A stretch of DNA of 64,000 nt from a virus. The notes beneath the pieces were generated by a model. It searched no databases and was not told the origin of the DNA. It was given only the letters and a program-made list of their open reading frames with translations. Location: IMG/VR virus record IMGVR_UViG_3300009093_000036, positions 96,001-160,000 of that record; one strand, written 5' to 3'. Positions 8,686-17,446 of this stretch are shown here, one piece after another. Positions within the stretch are counted from its first letter, which is position 1, and every line of letters starts with the position of its first letter. A program made the translations under genes and the position numbers.

Positions 8686-9888
8686 TCAGAGCTGCGTCGA
8701 ACGCTCGATGACCGGGGCTTCCCCACGTGCCCGCCGCTTGGCGTTGCACGCCTTGCAGCCACAGTCAGGCGTCGGCTCACCCTTCGCCACAGCAGCGTCG
8801 ACGACCTTCTGCCGCTCCGCCGCCTTGAGCTCGCCCTCGGCACGCTCGGGGTGCTTCGCGAGGACGGTCGCGATCGCCTCGTCGACCGTCTTGTAGCGCT
8901 GCACGAGGTCTGCGTGGATGAGGTTGACGATCACCACCAGCATCTCCGCGAGCTCGCCGTCGTACCCGAACACCTCGCGGTAGCGGGCATCCAGGTCCTT
9001 CATGTCCTTGAACAGCCGGAGCGGGAGCTTCCGAACGCCGTCCATGTCGACAGCATCGGTACGAGGACGGTTCCGGCGCAGGAAGTCCTCGACGCTCGTG
9101 ATCAGCCCGAACGTCTGGTTCTCCTCACGCCAGAGGTCGCCCACCGTGATCGAGCCATCGGGCTCGCTCGCCGCAGACTTCCTTCCCTCGGCGCTGCTCA
9201 GCAGGTCATCGAAGTCGATCCCGGGACCATCGCCGAACAGGTCGTCGAGGCTCATGACGCGAACGCCACGACCACCGAGAGAAGCACCCCCGGCACCGAG
9301 CAGAGACATCAGCACCGAGACGATGCTGCTGCCTCGGGCGCCACCACTTCGACGACTGGCCTGCTGCTCGATCGAGGTCGGGCCCTGAAGGCTCGGATCC
9401 AGACCCACCTTGAACAGCCGCAGCATCTCCAGCTTCGAGACCTTCTTCTCCCGAAGCTCCTGGAAGAGCTCCTGGACGGCGACGCCGGCCTTGACCGAGA
9501 CATGCTGCTCGATGTCGTCGAACACTTCACGAATCACGTGCTGGGGGACCCGGAACGCGAGGGCGGTGAGCAGCATGTCGTGCTCGTCCACTGCGTCCAT
9601 GGAGGTGAGCTTGTCCCCCTCGCGGTGTGCCGTGATGACATTCCCGATGAGGCGCATGCCATGCCCACCACGCTCGTGCTCACCCTCGCTGAGAATCGCG
9701 AGCTGCTCGTGCGTCAGCTCCATCAGCTCCGAGAGAGCAGTGACCACCGGCTGCTCGGGATTGAGGCCGGTCAGGGCGTACTCGACGATCTGCTCGACCT
9801 TCTTGGAGCCGATCTCCGCCATGAGGGCGCTGAAGATGATGTCGAGCAGGGTCGACCGCTTGAGGAGCTTGTTCTTGTCGATGTTCAT
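8686..9888 (-). CDS. hypothetical protein
   Basis: 400 aa ORF, GGAG RBS, promoter motif upstream. Confidence 0.75.
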   Translation of the reverse strand: MNIDKNKLLKRSTLLDIIFSALMAEIGSKKVEQIVEYALTGLNPEQPVVTALSELMELTHEQLAILSEGEHERGGHGMRLIGNVITAHREGDKLTSMDAVDEHDMLLTALAFRVPQHVIREVFDDIEQHVSVKAGVAVQELFQELREKKVSKLEMLRLFKVGLDPSLQGPTSIEQQASRRSGGARGSSIVSVLMSLLGAGGASLGGRGVRVMSLDDLFGDGPGIDFDDLLSSAEGRKSAASEPDGSITVGDLWREENQTFGLITSVEDFLRRNRPRTDAVDMDGVRKLPLRLFKDMKDLDARYREVFGYDGELAEMLVVIVNLIHADLVQRYKTVDEAIATVLAKHPERAEGELKAAERQKVVDAAVAKGEPTPDCGCKACNAKRRARGEAPVIERSTQL

Positions 9889-9922
9889 GTTCGTGTTCTC
9901 CGGTTGAAGGGGCGGAGTGCCT

Positions 9923-9940
9923 CTTTCATCTTCCTTATAG
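9923..9940 (-). promoter_or_regulatory. CTATAAGGAAGATGAAAG promoter-like element
   Basis: Exact 18-mer also at 39695-39712 (+); CTGAAA lies 16 nt upstream of TATAAG. Confidence 0.55.
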
Positions 9941-9957
9941 GAGGAATACGCGACTTT

Positions 9958-10170
9958 TCAGTCGTCCTCGGACTCGTTCTCGAACGACCACTCACCACAC
10001 GAGTTGCCGTTGTCGTCGATGATCTTCCCCTCTTCGTTCGTCGCACCCGGATCCATCTCATCGAACTTGAGAGCCAGCTCTCGAAGTGCGGCCGCAACGT
10101 TGGCGGGGGTACGCATCTCGTCGTCACCCAACTCGATCTCCAGCATGAACTTTCCCATTTTCGCCTCCAA
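9958..10170 (-). CDS. small acidic hypothetical protein
   Basis: 70 aa ORF (ATG probably 10158). Confidence 0.6.
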   Translation of the reverse strand: MEAKMGKFMLEIELGDDEMRTPANVAAALRELALKFDEMDPGATNEEGKIIDDNGNSCGEWSFENESEDD

Positions 10171-10176
10171 AAAGAA

Positions 10177-10196
10177 GAGGGGCCCGTAGGCCCCTC
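10177..10196 (-). terminator. intrinsic terminator
   Basis: GAGGGGCC-N4-GGCCCCTC plus T-tract. Confidence 0.75.
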
Positions 10197-10198
10197 AG

Positions 10199-11209
10199 TC
10201 ACTCCATCACGACTTCGACTTGCGGGATGATCTCCTGCGGAGGTGGGTCGCACCCATCCTCTCCCGGACGACACCAGAACCTGTTCGCAGGATGACGACC
10301 GCCTGATACTTCCAGCCCGCAATGCTCGTACGGGACGAGGCCTCGGTCTTCAGCATGATGATCATCGCAGGCACCGCCTTCATCGTCACACCGACCACCC
10401 CACGCGATGATGGGGGCATCAGCACATGGACCGAGGTGTTCGCCATCGAGGAGCTCCGACACGAACTGCTGCATCGCCATCCACCGCGGACGGTAATCGC
10501 GATCCCAGTTCAGAGGACGGCCCCCAGAGTCCGTGGCCTGGAAGTGAGGAGGACGTGTGCCCTCCGCGTTGAGCTCGACGAGCCACTGAGTCCGCGGGGA
10601 GTGGGGCTCCCACTGCTCCGTGACGTAGTGGACATGCCTGCGCATCGTGCCGATCAAGGTCTCCCCACGAGCGCGGGTTCGACGCAGGACACGGTAGATG
10701 GCCGGGCAGTCGAGCTCGGCGTGGTTCACGTCATCGTTCGGATCCTTGATGTCGTCGTGCAGCCAGTTCGCCTCCGACACGCAGATGCGCGAAAGCACCA
10801 AGACGGTGACGGCACGCAGCTCTTCCCAATCCTCGCCGATCAACCGGATGAGCCGATCCTCCTCGAACCCTCTGTTGAAGGAGCTCAGGAAGCGTCGGCG
10901 GACACCAGGCAGCAGAGACGTCGCGTCCGGGTACATGTGCGGAGCCAGAGACACAGGCGTCGCCACGTGGATGTAGGAGTGGATCTCGTGCGGCATGTAC
11001 TGCGTGCTGTCGACGACGAGGTGCTCCTCGACCACAGGGTCAGCCACAGGAACAGGAACTTCGATCGGAGCAGGAGCAGGAACCACGGGCTGAGGGGCCA
11101 CTGCGAGGGGCTGAGGCTCATCGTCGACGATGACCCCTGCGTCGCGAGCCATCGAGCCCGTGCAGGAGAGCATCACCACCGCGAAGAGGACCATTCGCTT
11201 CTTCATCAT
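10199..11209 (-). CDS. putative lipoprotein / exported protein
   Basis: MMKKRMVLFAVVMLSC signal peptide and lipobox, Pro/Val linker, Cys-rich C-terminus. Confidence 0.7.
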   Translation of the reverse strand: MMKKRMVLFAVVMLSCTGSMARDAGVIVDDEPQPLAVAPQPVVPAPAPIEVPVPVADPVVEEHLVVDSTQYMPHEIHSYIHVATPVSLAPHMYPDATSLLPGVRRRFLSSFNRGFEEDRLIRLIGEDWEELRAVTVLVLSRICVSEANWLHDDIKDPNDDVNHAELDCPAIYRVLRRTRARGETLIGTMRRHVHYVTEQWEPHSPRTQWLVELNAEGTRPPHFQATDSGGRPLNWDRDYRPRWMAMQQFVSELLDGEHLGPCADAPIIAWGGRCDDEGGACDDHHAEDRGLVPYEHCGLEVSGGRHPANRFWCRPGEDGCDPPPQEIIPQVEVVME

Positions 11210-11300
11210 GTACCTCCAGGAACGACAACGCCCTCCCCACTGAGCATCAGCGAGGAGGGCGTAGTCACGAGCGCGAATCAGCCGAAGCTGACCGCAGCGA

Positions 11301-11609
11301 TCAGGCGAAGACCTTCTTCAGCGCCGCGGCGCCTTCGAGGACCTTGCGGAGACGAACGACGTGCGGGTTGTCGAGACCGGCGTTCTCGGCGCGGAGAACG
11401 GCGTTCGCCGCCTGCGTCTCGATGCTGGCGACCTTCTCCTTCAGGCGCGTCACGACCGACTTCGGGTCCTTCGCGTAGCGCTCGACGGCGACGGTGCCGC
11501 CGCGGGCCGCGCTGCGGGCCTCGCCGTTGCCGGTCGAGGAGCCGAGCTTCGCCTTCGCCTTGGCGGGGGTCTTCTTCGCGGGCGTCTTCGTGTTCTTTTT
11601 CGTGGCCAT
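11301..11609 (-). CDS. histone-H1-like basic protein
   Basis: MATKKNTKTPAKKTPAKAKAK N-terminal tail. Confidence 0.65.
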   Translation of the reverse strand: MATKKNTKTPAKKTPAKAKAKLGSSTGNGEARSAARGGTVAVERYAKDPKSVVTRLKEKVASIETQAANAVLRAENAGLDNPHVVRLRKVLEGAAALKKVFA

Positions 11610-11618
11610 GGGACTCTC

Positions 11619-12317
11619 CTATTTCTTCTTCTTGTTCAGGTCTCGAACCAGGGGTCTGTGAACGTGCGGGATGGGTCCGTACTTCTTGATCGCACCTGCG
11701 TGCTCGTCCGTGCCGTAACCCGCGGACGTCTTCAAGTAGTACCTCGGGAACTTCTTGTCAAGCAAGTTCATCTCGACGTCCCGGTTGAACTTGGCGAAGA
11801 TCGAGGCCGCTCCAACATGAGGAACGAACTCGTCCGCCTTCGGGACGTACAAGATGTTGATGCACGCGAAGGTCATGAGCATGTCGTGGACCTTCGCAGA
11901 CCGCACACCGTCGACGATGATCGCGAGGTTCTTCGGCAACACCTTGCAGTGCTGCATCAGAGACTTCATCGCGATGTGCATCGCTCGAACGTACGCTCCC
12001 GCATGCGTGTGCTTCTCGATGTCGTCGGGCGTTGCTGCCCCTTCGGCATGGAAGACGTCCGTGCTGTCGTCGATCAGCTCGATCATCCGTTCTCTGTGCT
12101 CTGGTGTCGTCTTCTTCGAGTCCTTCACTCCTTCCAGGTCCCATCTCCGCGGAGCCAGCACCGCGCTGAGATAGAAGGGCCCTGCCCATGCACCTGTGCC
12201 GCTCTCGTCGATGCCGACCAGGTGCGTGATGTTGCCGCTGTTGTCGATGATGTCGTTGAGGGCCCGACGCCATCGGTCCAGCTCGTTGAGTTTCTCTACG
12301 TTCACTTTTCTGGGCAC
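11619..12317 (-). CDS. rnhB: ribonuclease HII
   Basis: VGIDESGTGAWAGP, VKDSKK, IIVDG, AASIFAKFNRD, GYGT...HR. Confidence 0.9.
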   Translation of the reverse strand: MPRKVNVEKLNELDRWRRALNDIIDNSGNITHLVGIDESGTGAWAGPFYLSAVLAPRRWDLEGVKDSKKTTPEHRERMIELIDDSTDVFHAEGAATPDDIEKHTHAGAYVRAMHIAMKSLMQHCKVLPKNLAIIVDGVRSAKVHDMLMTFACINILYVPKADEFVPHVGAASIFAKFNRDVEMNLLDKKFPRYYLKTSAGYGTDEHAGAIKKYGPIPHVHRPLVRDLNKKKK

Positions 12318-12319
12318 TG

Positions 12320-12844
12320 CTACCTCGTGTCTCGGATCTTCTTTGCCAGCTCCCGCCCCATGTCAATGATCATGGAGTTGGTCAGGAGCTCCGAGACTAC
12401 TCGATTCGCCGCGTTCAAGCTGAAGTAGCTCATGTTCTCGATGGCTCCCTTGACTGAGTCCTTCTTGCTGAACGGGTGCCCGAGCCACCACGCCGCATGA
12501 AGCTCGACAGCGATCGAGTCCAGCTCGTTCCCATCTGCGGCGACCGGCGACATGTCGCTGAGCACTGCGCTCAGGGACCTGGTCCTCTTGTCAAAGACGG
12601 TCTTGCCCTCCAAGCAGACGTGGTGCGCAAGTTCGTGAAGAACCTCCTCGAACCGAATGTGCATGTAGTTCTTCGTGACGTACTGGTCGTTGGTGGTCGT
12701 GACGGTGATGGTCTCAACGTTCACCTTCGCCAGCAGTCTCTCCGTGGATCGCATGACCGACTCGATGGGGCGTCTCCGGCCCATGACGCGGTCTCGGTCC
12801 TTCGCGGTCAGCGGCGTGATGCCGTACATGCCGCGCGAGTACAT
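12320..12844 (-). CDS. hypothetical protein with HExxH zincin motif
   Basis: VLHELAHH; start MYSRG coupled to the upstream stop. Confidence 0.6.
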   Translation of the reverse strand: MYSRGMYGITPLTAKDRDRVMGRRRPIESVMRSTERLLAKVNVETITVTTTNDQYVTKNYMHIRFEEVLHELAHHVCLEGKTVFDKRTRSLSAVLSDMSPVAADGNELDSIAVELHAAWWLGHPFSKKDSVKGAIENMSYFSLNAANRVVSELLTNSMIIDMGRELAKKIRDTR

Positions 12845-13662
12845 CAGGGAATCACCCCGAAGAGTGTGTCGTAGATCGGCAACTTCTTCTTCGCCTTCGT
12901 TCCGCTCCGACCGTGGACTGCGAATGCGATACCGAGCTTCTCCTTGTAGAGGCGATCGGTGTCGAAGCAGAGCCGGCACTGGGTGCAGGTCACCTTGTTC
13001 GTCTCCGCAGGGCACGGGATGAACTTGATGTCGCAGTCCGGGATCGTGAACGCCTTCTTTGAAGGAAACTCACGAACAACGAGTGCGGGGACGTACCCCT
13101 TCATGTAGCGAGCTCGGTGGGCTTCCTTCGCCGTCTCCACCGAAGCCAGGACCTGGATGGGTCCCCACAGCGATCGGACGATCCGCCTCCACGAGTGCGT
13201 GTACGTCCACACGATGCCGCCGCCACGACCTCGATAGCGGATGGCAGCGCTCGACAGCGCCATCGCCGCGATGTCGTTCTGGGCATCACCGCTGACGTGA
13301 AGGCGCAGGTCTCGACCTGCGTTGCCGTACTTGCCTCCGTCCTTCGGCACGCCGTTCACGAACAAGTTGTCGATCGCTGCTGCCTCGATGACACCGATGT
13401 TCTCCTTGTTCTTCTTCACCTCATCATCGAGGCGGTGAACCATCAGTCCGGTGTAGCCGGCGTCAGCGAAGCAGCCGGCGTCCTTGAACTTGCACACGTC
13501 GTCGCACGTCCCGCGAATCGTGACGTAGGTCGAGGCCACGAACGGACCCTTCGGCACAAGCCGCGGGCGTTTCAGCGTCGGACCACGCACGATGTCGACA
13601 GGGCCGAGCTTCCGGTTGGCACTCTTCGGCTTGATGAGCACCCCAGGGAATCGTTCGGTCAT
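12844..13662 (-). CDS. Cys-rich phage protein (Gp88/DUF7227-like, possible Fe-S)
   Basis: SANRKLG, TCDDVCKFKDAGCFA, RLHVSGD, WTYTH, CPAE...VTCTQCRLC, IAFAVHG. Confidence 0.6.
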   Translation of the reverse strand: MTERFPGVLIKPKSANRKLGPVDIVRGPTLKRPRLVPKGPFVASTYVTIRGTCDDVCKFKDAGCFADAGYTGLMVHRLDDEVKKNKENIGVIEAAAIDNLFVNGVPKDGGKYGNAGRDLRLHVSGDAQNDIAAMALSSAAIRYRGRGGGIVWTYTHSWRRIVRSLWGPIQVLASVETAKEAHRARYMKGYVPALVVREFPSKKAFTIPDCDIKFIPCPAETNKVTCTQCRLCFDTDRLYKEKLGIAFAVHGRSGTKAKKKLPIYDTLFGVIP

Positions 13663-13689
13663 CTCGTCCTCCAAAAAGAAAGAGCCCCG

Positions 13690-14286
13690 CTACGCGCGGA
13701 GCCCTCTCAGTTCTTCTCTCGTCTTGAACGGCAGGGAGACGTCATTGTCCACCGCCCACTCGAAGTACATGTCGACAGGATCACGAGGCCACGTCGGGTA
13801 CTTGAAGGTGGGGAGCCCTTCCGAGCTCAGTAGCCCCACGCTCTTCGCACGTGCGTAGCCATCCTTCCAGATGTCGTTGAGAAGCCAGTACTTCCTCGGG
13901 CTACGGCTGTAGTAGAGGTCCTCGGCATCGCTGACGTGGGTTCCCTGCTGCCACCCCACCACTCGCTTGAAGTCCCGTGGACGCAGCATCGTGCGTGCCA
14001 CCTCACGCTCCACCTGCATGAGCAGCCAGTTCTCGCGAACGCTGTCGATCAAGCAGCCGGTGGGGTGCGTGATGATGTGCATCATCTCGTGAAGATGCGA
14101 CTCGATGTTGTTGCCTCCGTAGAGATAGACCTCACGCCTCTCGATGTGAAGCCCGTTCCCGAACCCGGTCTCGATGTCCTTGGGGACGCTCTTGAGCGTG
14201 ACGGGCTCAACCAAGTACTCGGGGATGATGTGGATGGTGATTTCGTAGCGCTCAGCGATCTCTTGGATCTCAGGGCTGACGGGCAT
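13690..14286 (-). CDS. hypothetical protein with HExxH motif
   Basis: SHLHEMMHII. Confidence 0.65.
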   Translation of the reverse strand: MPVSPEIQEIAERYEITIHIIPEYLVEPVTLKSVPKDIETGFGNGLHIERREVYLYGGNNIESHLHEMMHIITHPTGCLIDSVRENWLLMQVEREVARTMLRPRDFKRVVGWQQGTHVSDAEDLYYSRSPRKYWLLNDIWKDGYARAKSVGLLSSEGLPTFKYPTWPRDPVDMYFEWAVDNDVSLPFKTREELRGLRA

Positions 14287-14750
14287 CAGATCTCCAGAAT
14301 GTCGTAGTTCTCAGACTCGGGCGTGAACAGCAGAACAGGAACTTGAAGGTCCTGCGCCACCGTGATGACCTCGTAGTCGAGAAGAGTGCTGCTGGGGTCG
14401 AGCTGAGAGGTGAGTGCCCATACCCACAGAGCGTGAGCTCCGAGCAGGCAGGTGACATCTCGCTCGTGATCGTCGCTCTTGTTCAGGCGTCGAACACGAT
14501 CTGCGGGTTCATCAGGCCCAGGGCCGTACACCTCAACGCGATGACCATGTTCAGGAGCGAGCCTCTCTATGAACTCCTCCGGGCCCGTGATCATCCCGCT
14601 GACCCTGAAGGTGACGGGGCGACCAAGGACCCGGAGGTCGTAGAGGAAGTACTCCAAGACGTCGTAGTCGCGTCCCGTGTTCCGCATGCGCGGCGCCATC
14701 AGGACCACGACCGGCTCAGGGTGCGGAAGAAGGAGTTCTACGTGTCTCAT
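14286..14750 (-). CDS. hypothetical protein (Rossmann-like)
   Basis: Start MRHVELL at 14750; the upstream part of the track ORF overlaps another gene. Confidence 0.55.
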   Translation of the reverse strand: MRHVELLLPHPEPVVVLMAPRMRNTGRDYDVLEYFLYDLRVLGRPVTFRVSGMITGPEEFIERLAPEHGHRVEVYGPGPDEPADRVRRLNKSDDHERDVTCLLGAHALWVWALTSQLDPSSTLLDYEVITVAQDLQVPVLLFTPESENYDILEI

Positions 14751-14769
14751 CGTAGCTCTGATAGCGGAA

Positions 14770-15165
14770 TCACGCCTTGTGCGTGAGGTATTCCTTCGCG
14801 TACGCCAGCACCTGTTCGAGGTTGTTCTCCTCGCCCTTGATGTACTTGGCGCCCTCGATGACGGTCCGCTGAAGCATGGCTCGCGGGTCATCGACCGGAA
14901 AGATGTCCAGCTTCTTCGCATCGAGCTGCTGACGCCGCTCGCGAATCCACTCCTTCAAGTAACGCATCTCCATGGTCATGAAGATACGAGACGACTTCGC
15001 TGACTCTCTCCACCGCTCATCGGCACGTCGGGGGTCACCCAACTGCTTCTCGACGTTCAGTACGCCCATCGTTGCGTCATCGAGGCGGCTCTTCGCTTCG
15101 GCCATGGTCTGCGGGACCTTGAAGGTGTACTTGTCGCGATTCTTCTGTTCGTGTTTGGGCATCAC
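14770..15165 (-). CDS. hypothetical protein
   Basis: 131 aa helical ORF. Confidence 0.65.
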   Translation of the reverse strand: MMPKHEQKNRDKYTFKVPQTMAEAKSRLDDATMGVLNVEKQLGDPRRADERWRESAKSSRIFMTMEMRYLKEWIRERRQQLDAKKLDIFPVDDPRAMLQRTVIEGAKYIKGEENNLEQVLAYAKEYLTHKA

Positions 15166-15551
15166 AGTCCTCTGTACGTCGCCGTCGGCATGGACGGCGT
15201 CGGATCTGCACGTCGTACGTGTACCAGAAGACCAGCCGCTCGCGCAGCCGAGATCATGTGTTGGGTGCCAGGGCTCTTGCCGTCCCAGATCGCAACGAGG
15301 GCTTGCGCCTTCTTCGCCATCTCCAGGTTCCGCTTGATACCGGCACCGTTTCCATGCTTCGCCCAGTCAGCCGGGAAGGGATCGATGGGGATGCCCATGC
15401 GACGAGCGAACTCTTCGCCGAGCTTGTCGACACCCTCCGCCTGTCCCGACACGACGGTGGTGAACCAGTAGCCGGAGCTCAGGCAAGCGTTCTCGACCAT
15501 GGAGTAGTCCAAGTACGTGAACGACCTGCTGCCGGCGATGATGACCCTCAT
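15162..15551 (-). CDS. YspA/DUF2493-type SLOG family protein
   Basis: MRVIIAGSRSF, VVSGQAEGVD, ADWAKHGNGAGIKRNLEMA, AIWDGKSPGTQHMI. Confidence 0.88.
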   Translation of the reverse strand: MRVIIAGSRSFTYLDYSMVENACLSSGYWFTTVVSGQAEGVDKLGEEFARRMGIPIDPFPADWAKHGNGAGIKRNLEMAKKAQALVAIWDGKSPGTQHMISAARAAGLLVHVRRADPTPSMPTATYRGL

Positions 15552-15745
15552 CCTTGGTCGAGGTCGCGGGGCTTGGGGTATGCCGCGAACTCGAAGTGGG
15601 AGCGTGGAAGGCGGATCTCGTTGCCGTTGAGCTGCCGGATGGTGAGGATCGTGACGAGGCCCGTCTTCTGGACCTTCTCGACCTTGCCTTCCGCACCATC
15701 GAGATAGCGTCCGTTCTTCACGCGGACCCAGTCGTCCTTCAGCAT
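15548..15745 (-). CDS. small KOW/SH3-like protein
   Basis: DWVRVKNGRYLDGAEGKVEKV. Confidence 0.55.
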   Translation of the reverse strand: MLKDDWVRVKNGRYLDGAEGKVEKVQKTGLVTILTIRQLNGNEIRLPRSHFEFAAYPKPRDLDQG

Positions 15746-15754
15746 GACGACCTT

Positions 15755-15904
15755 CTACTTCTCCTGCGACTTCTGTCCCCTGCTCGTGATGAGCGGGTTC
15801 GGACCTCCGGTCAGGTTGATGGAGGCCATCGCCTTCGCGAACAGCGTCACCGACGCCTCTGCGAGCTTCTCTTGCTTCGACTTCTTTTTCGTGTTCGTGT
15901 TCAT
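15755..15904 (-). CDS. small basic protein (not in ORF track)
   Basis: MNTNTKKKSKQEKLAEASVTLFAKAMASINL..., 49 aa, GAGG RBS. Confidence 0.45.
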   Translation of the reverse strand: MNTNTKKKSKQEKLAEASVTLFAKAMASINLTGGPNPLITSRGQKSQEK

Positions 15905-15912
15905 GTTGTTCC

Positions 15913-16494
15913 TCAGCCCTTGAGAATGGGACCAACGGGTCGTCGCTTCGTCGCTACGTGTGGATGTGGCTTGTCGACGAAGTCCTTGTTGAAACGATCG
16001 TTCTCGATCGACGCAATCGCCGAGGCTCCACTCTCTTCGAGCTTCTTCAGCTCCATGAACAGCGCCAAGCGGTTCTTGGGAGAGAGGAGGATCCGCCAGT
16101 CCATGATGGTGTGGATGCGATACATCTCACGGGACACGTACTCGGTGTTGGCGAGATGTCCGTGAAAGACCTCGCTCTTGGCGTTCTCCACCATGTCCAT
16201 GAAGGACCCGACATCGATAGCCGGGATCTTCATCTTCAGATCATCGACGACGAAGTTGTACTCGTGCCGCCCCGTCCACATGATGCCGCCCATGTCGAGA
16301 AGAATCCCGTCGGCGTCTTCCTCGATCATCTTCGCGAGCTTGACCCCGGGCTTGTTCTTCAGCCCCTCCACGGACGCCGCGACCTCCCACGACTGATGAA
16401 GCAGCGGGATGATCTCGGCATCACAGACCACCTTCGGGGGAGCGTGCGTGAACTCGATGGAGTAGTCCGGCCGAAGCCTCTTCCAGACCGTCAT
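15913..16494 (-). CDS. hypothetical protein
   Basis: Start MTVWKRL coupled to the ndk stop. Confidence 0.65.
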   Translation of the reverse strand: MTVWKRLRPDYSIEFTHAPPKVVCDAEIIPLLHQSWEVAASVEGLKNKPGVKLAKMIEEDADGILLDMGGIMWTGRHEYNFVVDDLKMKIPAIDVGSFMDMVENAKSEVFHGHLANTEYVSREMYRIHTIMDWRILLSPKNRLALFMELKKLEESGASAIASIENDRFNKDFVDKPHPHVATKRRPVGPILKG

Positions 16495-17186
16495 CAGACA
16501 GCCCGAAGCCCTTCGGCGGTCCACTTCTGGTTCTTGTACTTCTCGATGAGGCGATAGGCCTCCTCGCCGAAGCGCGGGGCTACGCGCAACGTGCTGCGAA
16601 CGAAGTTGACTTCGCGGCGCGCACTCTCGTCACTGTCGCTGCCGTGCACAGCGTTGTGCATCATGACGCCGTCCTTGGCGGCGAACAGTCCTCGGATGGT
16701 CCCGGACGACGCCTTCATCGGGTCCGTGGGGCCCATCAGGCTTCGCCACTTGTTGACGGCATCCGGGGCGACCATGGTGAGGGCGATCATCCGTTCACTG
16801 GACATGAACTTGACGAGGTCCCAGTAGAAGGCCTTCCCAGCATGCTCTCCGTAGAACTCGGAAACGTCCGCTGGATCCCAACGCGAGCAGAGCATGTCAC
16901 CGATCAAGAAGTTGTCCTCGATCTGATGGATGATCGCTCCAGCCTTGCGGGCCTGGATGGCGTCCGGCTTGATGAGGGCGAAGGTGTACTCCAGCCTTCC
17001 GCCCGTCAGGAAGTCCAGCTTGGGACCTTCCGCCTTCACAGGAGCGGGCGTGGGTGGGGACGGCAGGTGACGGCTCGGGACGTCATGGCAGTCGGCGGTC
17101 TTCTCGCAGATCTCACACCTTCCGTAGCTCTTGATGATCGCCTCGGGGTACTTGTTCTCGACTCGACACTTTTCGCAGTAGAACAT
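16494..17186 (-). CDS. ndk: nucleoside diphosphate kinase with N-terminal Cys-rich extension
   Basis: YTFALIKPDA, HAGKAFY, MGPTDP...GTIRG, HNAVHGSDS; N-terminal CEKC...CEIC...C. Confidence 0.92.
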   Translation of the reverse strand: MFYCEKCRVENKYPEAIIKSYGRCEICEKTADCHDVPSRHLPSPPTPAPVKAEGPKLDFLTGGRLEYTFALIKPDAIQARKAGAIIHQIEDNFLIGDMLCSRWDPADVSEFYGEHAGKAFYWDLVKFMSSERMIALTMVAPDAVNKWRSLMGPTDPMKASSGTIRGLFAAKDGVMMHNAVHGSDSDESARREVNFVRSTLRVAPRFGEEAYRLIEKYKNQKWTAEGLRAV

Positions 17187-17368
17187 CAGGGCTCCTCCTT
17201 CATCTTCACGCGGAACTTCTTGCCCGAAGGCATGTGAAGCACGACGAACTCGTCGCGCTTCATCTCCAAGACCTTCCAAGGACGGTCCTGGCCGTACTTG
17301 GCTGAGTTGATGTTCGCGAGGTCGAACCCCGCAAGCACCGAGGACATCATGTCGCTCAAGTTGAACAT
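17186..17368 (-). CDS. small hypothetical protein
   Basis: 60 aa ORF, GGAG RBS. Confidence 0.55.
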   Translation of the reverse strand: MFNLSDMMSSVLAGFDLANINSAKYGQDRPWKVLEMKRDEFVVLHMPSGKKFRVKMKEEP

Positions 17369-17386
17369 CTACTTCTCCAACAAGAA

Positions 17387-17429
17387 GGGCGCGGCAGACC
17401 CAGCACCAAGTGCCAGACCTACCGCGCCC
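17387..17429 (-). terminator. long G-U-rich hairpin, probable terminator or processing site
   Basis: GGGCGCGGTAGG...TCTGCCGCGCCC followed by TTCTT. Confidence 0.5.
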
Positions 17430-17446
17430 ACCTCACGTCTATGGTG

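Noticed and set aside
8612-8749. Upstream extension of the 980-aa track ORF
   Set aside because: Overlaps the previous gene's end and an 18-bp hairpin; the RBS supports the start at 8611
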